Shown in pieces: positions 11,729-23,700 of a DNA stretch of 64,000 bases; position 1 is the first letter of the stretch, and the number at the start of each line of letters is the position of its first letter. The position numbers and the translations under genes are program-made. The notes below the pieces were generated by a model that saw only the letters and a list, made by a program, of their open reading frames with translations, did not search any database and was not told the origin of the DNA. The stretch is from Hydrolagus colliei (lineage: Eukaryota), in contig CM068754.1 of assembly GCA_035084275.1 (NCBI GenBank), positions 15,004,001 to 15,068,000 of the forward strand, written 5' to 3'.

Positions 11729-14700
11729 TCTATTCTCTCCAGATTTACCTGGTAAGACAACACAAATCAATCACTCCAGTATGCCTCAGGATTTATTCTT
11801 CACAAGTCCACCAAAATAAATAAAACTCTTTCCACATTAATTCCTTCCGATGCCGAAGAAACAACAGAAAGGGCCACTTGTTACACACCCATCAGAGACT
11901 GATCAGAACAAACACTTTTACCTGCCATGTTCTCCACTTGTCTGTATCTGCTCACTCAAACCGCATGAACAATGAAGTCATGCAGAACACTCATCTACAT
12001 GCTTTCTCAAGAGACTGAAACTAGCAAAACTGTCTCAAGGCTGCCTCTGGTAGATTGCTGAAACAATTAAAAGAAACTTGCAGCTTCCACATTCCCTTAT
12101 ACTTCCTCTGTCTCGGCTTCCTGTTAAACCTCTAATTAGAATCATATTTCCATTTACTCTGGGTGCAACCATCTGAAAAATATTCATCATTAAATCCTGT
12201 TAAGACTCCAATCAGAGCAACAGCAGCAGTCATTAGGAGAATATTCAGTGCTTAATATGCATAGAGAAAGTGCCAATAAGCATTTGTCATTACATCTGTG
12301 ATTTTCTTTGAATTATCTCCGAAGCTTTCTCTCCCATCGCCCTGTGTGTTGAGAACCTGTCCATGAGTGGAATTATTGTTGTCCTGCATCATAAAATCGA
12401 CACAGGCCAGAACGCAGAGAGAGCAAAGGCTGAAAGGCGCAAAGTAAAGCGTAATGCAAAATAAACTGACGGGAAAGAGGCAGAAGGAGGAGATGAAAGA
12501 TGTGTCTGACCTAGATGCACCACAGTTAGAGTGCTAAGGTGTTCATTTTCATTTTGCCACCGACAACTGTTTGTGAGATATTGGCTGTCACGTCTCTCCC
12601 ACAAAATATGCAGTCAATTCACTTGACAGTATATTCTGTGAAGCACTTTGAGACGGCTTAAAGACGTGAAAAGCGCTATATCAAATGCAAGGCTTATTAT
12701 TTCTCCAGAAAATGTATTTTGACTGATTTTGATCATTTACGTGGCGGAACCAGGAAAGGGATGAATGTAATGTGGTCCTTACATTCCCAGTGGGCAGGTT
12801 CAGTGAGCTCTTCGTCAGAAGTTTATTCAGTTGCATTGTGTGACAGAGCTGTGTAACGTTTGACACTGTGATTGATTGAATGAATGGGGATGAAGAGGGA
12901 TGAAACAACAATTGTCTAATCCTACCATTGGGTTTTCCTTCACACTTCAAGTGGACACAATGTGAGAGTTTCACACACCCACAATGACACTTTACATAAT
13001 TTCTTATGTCAACATTCCCAGCCATCAACTTTGCAACTGTCTAACGGTGGTGGCTGATGCATCGATTAAGTGGAATGTAGGGTTTTTCACATCTGTTTTT
13101 CTGGGACACATCAGTAACGGATGGAACATTTCTTCTCTCCACAGCCCTTACAACCCCCGGCAAGCTTTCAAGTGGGAAGGGTAAGTGCTTTCGCAATCAC
13201 TGTGATCAAAGTATAGGGGCAAAGCCGACAGCATTAGCCTTTCTGCTCACACCCTCTGGAACTCCATCCCGGAATCCCTCCGCTTCACCCTCTCCCTTTG
13301 CCTCCCTCTAGGCCCATCTAAAGACCCTTCTCTTCAACTGTGTCTTTGATCATCTTCCCACCACCACCCCCTCACCCTTCACACTAAATCTTGACCAAAC
13401 CCGCAGCTCGGTTGCAAATCCTTGACTGTCCAGCCCCTTGAGACATCCTCCTGACATGAAAGGTGCTGTGTAAATGCCATTTCTTACTGTTGTTACTATG
13501 GTGTCATTTGTGTAAATGAACCCTGTCGTGTAAGGAGCGCAATAACTTGACCCAACTAGTCCATGACGTTTTTTATACTCTATTTGAGCCCCCAACCCTC
13601 ATCCCCCTTGAGACCTGTGTTCAATTGCAGGCAGGCCAAAACCTTTGGCAAGTTTCCTTACTCTACATACCTGGTAATAATCCCACCAGAAAAACCCCCA
13701 ATAATAAATTGGTCACTCAATCCACGACTGTTTGTGGGACACTGTTTGCGCAATTGGCTGCCGCGTTTTGCTCACTTTCACGCCCACAGTCAGTTCCCTT
13801 TACAGTATTTTCTGTGAAGCGCTTTGAGATGCCGAGAAAACATGAAAAGCGCTATATCAAATGCAAGGACTATTAGTATTATTATCATTCCCTTTACCCT
13901 TGTGTGTTTATACAAAGTTTCCTCTTGACTGCATTCTTTTTTTTTGCTTCAACCACAACTTCTTAGTCTTCAGTTCCTCATAATAATAATAATCCTAATT
14001 TGTATCTCCCTCTCCATAAGAAGCTCCTCAAAAACTCCCTTTTCAAATTGCTCCTGGCTTATGTCTACTATGTATGGCCCCCTCATTTTGGACAGACAAA
14101 TGGACGGACTCGCTCGCTCAGCAAAAGGTGGAAACAGCCTAAGAACATTCTTTTTTTTTATTGAATCCTTTCATAAATGCGTTCAGCTCCTCCGTGCTGC
14201 CAAAGCGGGCAGCATCTCACAGTATTGTCAGGGTTGAATTTATTTCCATTGTTTCAAGCACTCTGTAGGGAGATAAAACCAGTCGGGGGGGAGGGGGGAG
14301 CAATTTGAGGTGCGGCGGGAATGTATTGGTGGGGTGGGGGGGGGAGACTATTGTTTAAAGCCTCTTGTTTGCTTTGCTGCTGTAGCGGTATTCAGCCAGT
14401 CCAGGCTGCATAATATGTATTTGATTCAGCATCTCAACCTACAGATTTGTGACATCTAATTAATATTCATAGACTAATTTGCATGTGATTCCAGTCCCTT
14501 GGAATTGTGCTGTACACTGGAGAGAAAATAGGCTTCACACGACTTGAGAGGTTTTAAAGGAGCCACTGCTAGGCACAAGTACGCAGGCAGAGAAGACACA
14601 ATGCACAGTGTGCAGGCTGCAAATTAGCATTAAAGAACACAAAATGAAGAGCGCGAAACGCTAGTTAGCAGCAGCACTAATGTGGTGTATATGTCACTGT

Positions 14701-17700
14701 CAATTGGAACGATTTTCTTTCCATTTACCACCCCAAGTCTGATATGACAATAGTGTGTGTGTGTCAGCCTGGCTTAGCTGATGGCACTCTCCATTCAGAA
14801 GGTTATTGGTTCAAGTCTCACATCAGGACTTTTGAATTTCACGTTCCAGACTCCAGCATGAAGCTGTATTTTCAGTGATGATGTGTCCTTCGGATGACAC
14901 TTTAAACCGAGGTCTTGTCTGCCTGTTTAGGTGGACGTTGAAGATCCGAAGGCACTCTTCAGAAATAGCAGGGAGTTGATCCCAGGTTCGTGGCCAAGAA
15001 TATCCCCAACATACAATTGGCTGTTCACATCACGGCTGTTTGTGGGACATTCTTGTGCTCAAATTGGTTGCCGTATTCATCCACAAAATGCAACCAGTTT
15101 GTGTCACAGAAATGTTCTAATGCACTCTCAACATTATAGATGCATTTATCACAAGGATTATTATTTTGGTTCTAGAGGGGCTTCACCGTAGCTTCAGAAG
15201 AGCGTGGCTTCTTCTGCGCGAAATAACGCAGTATTTTACACCATCAACGTTTCTGACCTGGGGGATGTAAGACTTGACAATTTTGTCTCAAATTGTGCTT
15301 GAAAATGTGTTGAGGCAGCTCAAACCCATTTCACTTAGGACCTTAGCAATTCGAGGAGAGGCAAGTTATGCTTAATTGAAACGGAGTTGTGTGCTGTTCT
15401 CAAAGGTCATTGTCCTCATGACGAATCCACCTTCTTTTTCAAACTTCACAAAATACCTCCACAATTCCTAAATTAGAACCAGGCTGTTCAGCTCGCTGCC
15501 CCTCCCTCTCTCTCTCTCTCTCCTTAACATGTGCCTTTGTGCTACCGAGCTGGCTTCACTCTTCTACGCTCACTCTGGATTCCCACGTCGGTCCGTCACT
15601 CTGGCAAGGGTGGTGTGGTGGCACCTTTTGTTTTATTTTGCACATTTCTGCTTCATAAACAGAACAGGTTTTATTCATTTTTTTAAAAAAAAATAAAGTG
15701 CGCTCGAGTCACATCAGAGTGTTTGGTGGCGCACAGCTGTGGGAGTGCCAGCTGGCTGCATTGATGTCATGGTTCCCACAACTTCCCGCTGGTTAGAGAA
15801 ATGACTGGCCCTTTCTCGACGGCGAACCCGAGCCCGGTCTTGGGTTGCTCTACAATCAAGCCTGAGAACAGCTGGCAGAAGAGTTAGTACTTATTACGCT
15901 GTTCCCATACACAACCTTTAAAACAAAGAGTGGCGTTTCCCCCCCCCCCCCCCCCCCCCCCACCAATGGATTTAACTCATTGAAGCCAAACAACACTCAC
16001 ACAACAAGCATCCAGCGCCCAAGGAATTATTTTCATTCAACCTTTTCACCCTTTCCCGGTGGTATCTTTCTTTTTCACCCATCGTCCGCTTTCAAATTTT
16101 AAGTTTCTTTTCAATCACAAAAAATGATGAAACGATTAAGGCCACAAACAATCCTGTCACACGCATGATCTGCTCCGACCCAGCCCGACATATTGTGATC
16201 TTAATAATTTCCAGAGAAAGGGGGCAATGGTGATTTAGCCACTGGTCATGGACTGGAGGAAGCAGAATGAGCACAGGAACATCAAACAACATAAAAAGAT
16301 AGGAAGTGACTTTTTTTCACTAGAGAAAGTGGACCTCTCTTTCATGGCATGGTACAAGAGTGTGATTCACGTTGGAGGAGGATTGAGCCAGACAGTGTCC
16401 TTGTGAGTCTTAGCACGATTACATAGGAACAGATAGCTATGAGAATAACTATGCCTCTGGAACTCCCTCACTCTGCTCCTGCCGTCTCACTCCCTCTCTA
16501 TCAGGAATCTGCCTAAAAAACCTACCTCTTTCTACCTCGCCTGTGGCCATTTCCCCCTTTCCCCCCTTCTCTCTTATCTCCACCATTGTGATACCCTCCA
16601 GGGCTTCATCCTACGTGAAGGGTGTGGTATAAACTGATCTTAGACTGCGCAGCATAACTCATTCCGCACATTTATCTTTGAGACTTTGCTCGGATGTGCT
16701 GGTAAAGTCACTTAGTTGGCAAGCTGAGGTGTCAGAGCTGCTTCAGGCATCATTAGTCTCAACTAGACAACAGCCGTACATTACTGCAAACTCAGACAAT
16801 TAAACCATTAGACAATTAAACCATTAGTTCAGTTGGGGATGAGGTAATGAGTAATTGCCTTGCTGGTGGAACACCTATTCGGTGTGCTATAGTGACATCT
16901 GCTGGCAGACATTCTGTACGACACCCACCCCATCAAAGAATCTCCACCCCTCTGGTAACCATCTCTTATTCTCCCTGAATACCCTCACACCTTGTCATAT
17001 CTTTCCTTTAGTACCACGTCGGGCACCGTGTGTCAGCAGTAAGTTCTCACGACAGTGTTTACCAACGGCGCAAGAGAATGCTGCCTACGTTTCAAACAAC
17101 CAAATATATATACAGCGCAGAAGAAGTTAGTTCAACCCATCCAAGTCTATGGCGGCTCCTTTACAGCAATCCTTTCAGCCCCATTTACCTGCTCTTTCCC
17201 CACACTCCTGCAGTTGACATAACTGACTCCAGCCACGCAGTTAATAGCTACAAAACAAAGATGAATCCAGTATTTTGCACCGATCGTGGTTTGGGATTTG
17301 TTGTAAAAACCCTCAGGTGTGGCTCTGTGTTTGCTCTGTAAGCTGTGGTTCACTTCAAACATCTCCCCACAGTAATAATCGGCCATCAATTTTAATATCT
17401 CTCTCCCTTGGTTTATATAGAGGACTTCAGCCTGTGGGATTTATTTCCAACAACTGAACGCCCTGGTAGAAAAACCACCAAGTCGCCCCAAACGCCTAAG
17501 AAACCATCACCAAGTAAGCTGCAGCTTGATTACCTGTTCTTTTTAGTGTAAAAGTATTGAGGAAGGCAAGCCTTGGGCTTGTGGCATTCCCAACGCAGTA
17601 TACAGTCAATCCACTTACAGTGTATTCTGTGAAGCTCTTTGAGACGTCTCGATGGATTATTAAATGCAAGGATTATTAGTATTCTACTTGTGCAGCCAAT

Positions 17701-20700
17701 CTAGAGGCTATGAGATAGAAGTGGGTAGGTAAGGGAAGTGAAGGTTAATGGGAGTACAGCCCTAATCAGTGGTTTCACAGAGCGCTATTGACATGGGCGA
17801 GGGAGATAAACACCCTGGGCTCAGGCTAGCTGGCTCTGCCCTTTCACTTAAAGGAAAAACCATGAGAAAAAAAGCAACAGAAAAAGCTCAGAAAAAGAGG
17901 AAAGAACTGTAGGGAAAACGTAAGGGAACAAAATACCATTAAGCAGTCTTTAAAAAGCTAAGTGCCAACATTTCTCAGAACCTGGTTGTCTAACTAACTG
18001 AGGAGAAATCTAGAGCTCTATTCATGTTTTGAGAAGCAGAAGCTGTTGGCTGTTTTTTTCGCTGGCTTAACCGGTGGCTGTTTGTGCCGTGAAGGTTTGA
18101 CAGGGTCAATGGATGGTAAGCAGATTGTGGGATTTACAACAGAACTTCCTAACTTACAGCTGGTGCAGTTAATCAGTCAGTTCAAGTTCCGTTGTTTGGT
18201 GGTCGGTGAGGAAGAGGTTGGTGGCAGCAACTGACGGGATAGGTTTGATCGATGGGAAGTTTGAGCCAATGCATTAATTTGTAAGCTTAAAGTAGCTGAA
18301 ATAGATGAGCATTTTGACAAAATTCCTCTGCCACGCAAAACTTGCGGCCACCGAGGGTTTAAGCATGAAGCCTTTTCTTACACAACGCTCCCATTTCTTT
18401 GATTCTGCAGAAATAGGTGACGATGATTTTGACCTCGCAGATGCTTTTCCTGATGATAAGAACGACAAATATGACAGAGGTGGTAAAGATGGCAAAGGTA
18501 CGAAATACAACAGCTACTTACCGTTAGATTTAGAGCCCGTCCTGCAAGACAGCGCTGCCCAGTGACTCGGCAAGCAACGGGGAAGCGGGCGGGAGGAGGC
18601 GATCGGGAGGGCAGTCAAAGATGTAGAATGTTAAGGTGGGATTTAAAGGTAAATAAAAGCGGAGGATAATACAAGCAATTGAGGCAGGAGAGTTCTAGCT
18701 GTTAGGGGTACAGTCATCTGTAAATAAAGGCTGATGGTTAGAACGTAACCTCATTTCAACATTTTGGTTGCATTGATTTGGCAACAGATAACATATTGGG
18801 CAGCACATGGAACAAAATTAATGGCCGTTTACGTTTAATAAAATATTTTTTAAACTGGAAATCGAATGCTAAAGTACCAAGTCAACATCAGATCTTCGCT
18901 TACCACAGAGGCCAGCGACTGCCTCTTACCTGAAAGCTTTTGATAAAGTAGAAACCATCAATCAATGTAAAATTCCAATTGCCAGGGTCAGTGTAGGTTG
19001 AGATGCACTTTCATTTTAAGGCCCTCAAAGATTAATTGGATTTGAAAATCGAATGTCTCTTCGTGGTTGAAGGTCCACGAGAAAACAGTTGCTAGCTTCT
19101 CGGAATGAACTGCAGAATTTTATCCAGCTTAAGAAAGATTTTAAACAAGCATAAAATATGCCATGGGAAATATTGATTTGATACTGCTGTGGCAGTGTGT
19201 ATTCTGTCAAATGCCTAGCCATGTTTTGCTCTATGAAGAAACATAGAAAAATTGGAGTCCAGAACTGGAAGTACAGATTGGTCTAACTGTTTAGTAGATG
19301 TTAGTGGTCCCATGATGATTCTTTGTTTGTCACTTTAGTTAAATACTTTCTATCTATCCGACAGAGGAACCTTCAGTTCCAGGCTCCAAAGGCGAGGGGA
19401 ATGGAGGTAACAAACGGATAAGGCGTCTGTCACCGAATAACAGGTGGAGTTTGATGAGCCAAGTATTTTCTAAGTCAAGCCAAACCCAGGCCAAGGCATC
19501 CCATTTGGTTCTCTGAGCCAGAGCTTGAGGAGATCCGTATATATACACATGTCAGTCAACCCATCGTCATGAGATCGCAACTGGGAGCATGAACATGCTC
19601 AGTAGCTATTTAAAGGTACCAGTGAGATTACAAGATGATAAGGTCTCATATTGGATCAATTCATTTCTAAATGAGAGTCCCTTCAGGGGAGGTTAAGGTG
19701 TTACAAGTGCACATATACGCAGGTAGTTAGCAAATGAGTTTTGATCCTTAACTGAAAATGCATGAATTATGGGACCACAATGATAGGGCTTATCATTCCT
19801 TTTCATAAATTTTATCAGCAGGACTTGTGCACACACTCAGGCACCAGTTTATTTTTACTGCCTCATAAACAAACAGGTTAAAACAGTGGCTGCCTAACTG
19901 TTGACTTCGGCTTTCCTTTGGCTCGTTCAACTTCACTCTGAATCGGTGACAGATTCCTCTCCTTTTTGTTGTCTTCCTGCGTTCTGACTAACCGATTGAA
20001 CAGTTGGTCCTGTGCTCTCCTACCTCTGCAAACATCTCGATGTGAATCTAATCCAATTGGAAATACGCGGCTATTAACAAACTCCCTTACCGGTTGTGAA
20101 ATGATTTGCTTGGGAAATTAAATGGGTTCAATATTTACTTATCCTAATACAACTTAATAATAAAAATGATTCAGCTTTGCATGGCTATGGTGCACAAGGA
20201 GGCTGATCCCAGCAGAGTTGGCCCTATATACTGTATATAAAAATGGTGCAGACATATGGGAACCAACACAAAGAAACAAATTTTACAACAAGAAAACTTT
20301 TACATTAAGAATCCCTATTCGCTGGAAAGGCCCAACAGTTTGTTTGCAACAAATCATAACTGCCGAAGTCCCTCACGTAACGTTTGTTCACCCAACATTA
20401 GGACAAAGGACGAGGTGGTTCGTGGGTTAAACCACAATCTGCCCACTTCAATTCAGGGAGCTCAATTCAAACCGAATGAAACCTACGACAGATTGATGGG
20501 ATGTAAGATGGGTAAGAATGCTGTATGAAATTGCTTAAGAGTAATCTCCTTACAGCACACGCATACCAGTGTGCAAGCACCATGCTTGACATGTGTTTGT
20601 GTTCTGTTTTCTTCGGGCTGATTGTTTAATGATCTGTGTTGTGGGTGTTTTCTGTGACTTGTTGGTGAATGCGAAGAACTCCCAACATTGAGGGTTAGTT

Positions 20701-23700
20701 TTGTTTTCACTGTACTGTACTGAGGGACATCGCACAGCTCTCTAATAAAAGCACATTACGAACTGGACAATGGGTACTGTACTGAGGTTTCACAAACACC
20801 CAATCTAACTGTTGCCGATTATCCCCTGGAGTAAAACACAGATTTTCTCTTTCTGTAGGTGGATCTAACTTTTCTGATGATGACCTTGATGATCTGGTGA
20901 ACGGTGGGGGTTACCAACCTGACAAGAAAAAGTCAGGTGAGCTGCATGTGTGTGCAAGCAGCATTCAGTTGCAAAGTTGTGGATCATTGCATGAATGACC
21001 AAATGTGCTCAACAGCCTTGGGCAATGGCAGTTCTCAAAACCGAGTCCATTCTACCGTAAGGTCTGTTATTGGCTGTAAATGTCGTGAATGAGAAGCGTT
21101 CACTTTTTATTGCCGTTAGTTTTCATGTTACCTGATTCCCTCAGTCTCACCACCTTGACTCTGTTGATCCGTAAGCGCTTTGCTAGGAAGAGATATGAAT
21201 GGGCTTACACCAGCCTGCTCCAGATCAGCTTCTCCGTGGCCTGCGCCTACAGCAGAGAATAAAACTATTTCCTTAGTTTAAAAAAAATTGGTCATTTTCA
21301 ATCCACAACTGTTTGTGTGGGACACTTCTGTGCGCAATTGGCTGCTGGGTTTTGCCCACAAATATACAGTCAATTCACTTTACAGTATATTCTATGAAGC
21401 GCTTTGAGACTTCTAGAAGACATGAAAAGCGCTATATCAAATGCAAGGATTATTATAATAATAATGATCCTCGGATTTGATATAGCATCAAATATATAAC
21501 ATCAAAGTCTGTCTTACTCATGAATCTTAAAACAGTCTCTCTCTCTCATGCTATGTCAGTATCAAGTTAGATAATACTACATACTGATCAGAATATCAAT
21601 GAGCCCTTAATATTAATGATAATAATCCTTGCATTAGATACAGTGCTTTTCACGTCCTCTAGACGTCTCAAAGCGCTTCACAGAATATACTTCACAGAAT
21701 CCTGAATTGACAGTATATTTGTGGGCGAAACTCGGCAGCCAACTGCACATAACAGTGTTCCACAAACAGTCGTGGATTGAAATGACCAATTTATTATTAT
21801 TGTTAGGGATTATTATTAGGCGTGCGGAGTAAGGAAACTTGTCCATGGTTTCGCCCTGGCTGGAATTGAACCCAGGTCTCTCACTGGGCTACAGGCTCCA
21901 CAAGTTTGGGCCCCTTCATGGGCCAAATGGCCTTTTATTGGTATTTTGTCGCAAAGCTAATGTAAGCAACTACAGTATACTGTTGCGTGATGTTTTTTCA
22001 GAGAATCTTTGTGTGGCACAAAAACTGAGAACGTCAGACGTCTTTATGTTTGTGTTTGTCTCTAGGTGGGAACACGCCTGCTGATGACTCAAATTCAGAT
22101 CAGGGTAAGTAAAAGTAAAACCCCTTCTGATAGCATTACAGTCGCAAATCCAAACTGTATTGAGGTTTCTGAGCAACACAGACTGGCTGTTGGCCAAATG
22201 TATTATCCCTTGGAGTAAACAGGAAACACTGCCATTGCAACAGTTTCAACTGATCCAAGCTCCCATCCTATGAATCAACACAGGTCTGAAGACAAAGCAC
22301 AGGCTTTGCTACTGTATGTTTTTAGATGCAATGCTGAGGTTGATAGTTTGACAGCAGCAGCCAGAAAGGAGTAGGCGAGTGACCTGAAATCTTGACCTAG
22401 CCTTAAAGGCTAAAAGCATTTGTCTAAAAGAACTAAGATTGCACAGAATCGAGGAAAATTGTTAAATTCAGCGCTCGTTTAGAATGCGGTTCCTGTCTCC
22501 ATGCTTGAATTTTGAAGACAAAACTGGTGCTACGGGCTAAGATTAAGTGGAACTTGAGGCTAATGTACTCTTATCAGGATACAACATCAAGTCAAAAGGT
22601 TTCAACTCTACACCGTAGTTACTGCAAAGTGTAGTGGCTGGCAGTGTAGTGGCAGTTCAGTACCCTGGCAAGTAAACACATGGCCATGCTCCCGTTCGGT
22701 TTGTTTGTAAAACAAGAGTTTTCTGCTGGCCAGCAAAAAATAAAATTCCTAATGGCGCTGAGGCTTTCAGCGAGAATGTCTAAATGTTACGGGTTTTGAC
22801 GGCACCGATGGCATGACTCACCCGTCTGATTGATGGACCTCGACAGCTACAAGCTTGACTTTCTCTCCGCTTTTAAAACTAGTATATTCCATTAACACAT
22901 TTATGGCATTATTAAAATAAGGCCAAGGAACAACATGTAGCGTATTCAATTATTCGTGTTGAGGGCATTACGAGTCGTATACAGATTTATCATTTTAATT
23001 TTGTTCTCCCCACACACCTCCACCCCTCTCTCTCTCTTTCATTAACAGAGATGCCTCCAGCAACAATAGCTGGAATCACCAGTGGCTTGGCAGTGGCTGT
23101 GTTAGGTGCAGTCACCAGCTTCATTGCCTATCAGAAGAAGCAATTATGCTTCAAACTACAAGGTAGGTTTTTTTTTAATGTTATCGATAAAGTGACCAAT
23201 GCCGCCATCTGCAGTTGCTGTTGGGCATTTGCAATAAATGTTTCATGGCTTTCCTGTTCATTTTGTTTGGGGGTCAGAATGGGTGTCTGGCGCTTGCAGA
23301 AACCCATCTCTGATTGAGTTCCATATGTGCGATGCACAATTCAGCATAAAATGGCTTGAAAAAAGCTGCTGTAAGCTAATCAAGATTGCTACTAAAGGCA
23401 GAAAAACACGGTTGCAGCCAGGATACTTTACCCAGACTAGCTATACCCATGCGTAACATACGTGGCCTTAGTGTTTTTGAATACATTTATTCATATATTT
23501 TGAAACTTTTTAAAAAATAATGTATTTGTTGTTTACAAAAAAAGGTGAGCTTTAATCACTGAGTTTCTTTATTGTTGCTTTTTAAGCTGTATTGGTTTAT
23601 GTTTTCCTTTTAGATATTCATTGTTACAATTGCAGAAACCTACCTAAGGCTTTTATATATATATAGATAACAACAACGAAATTACATTTGTATAGTGCCT

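Noticed and set aside
11189-11823. Cluster of 66-169 aa ORFs
   Set aside because: They overlap the MITE and a (CT)n tract, with no recognisable domain or splice support.
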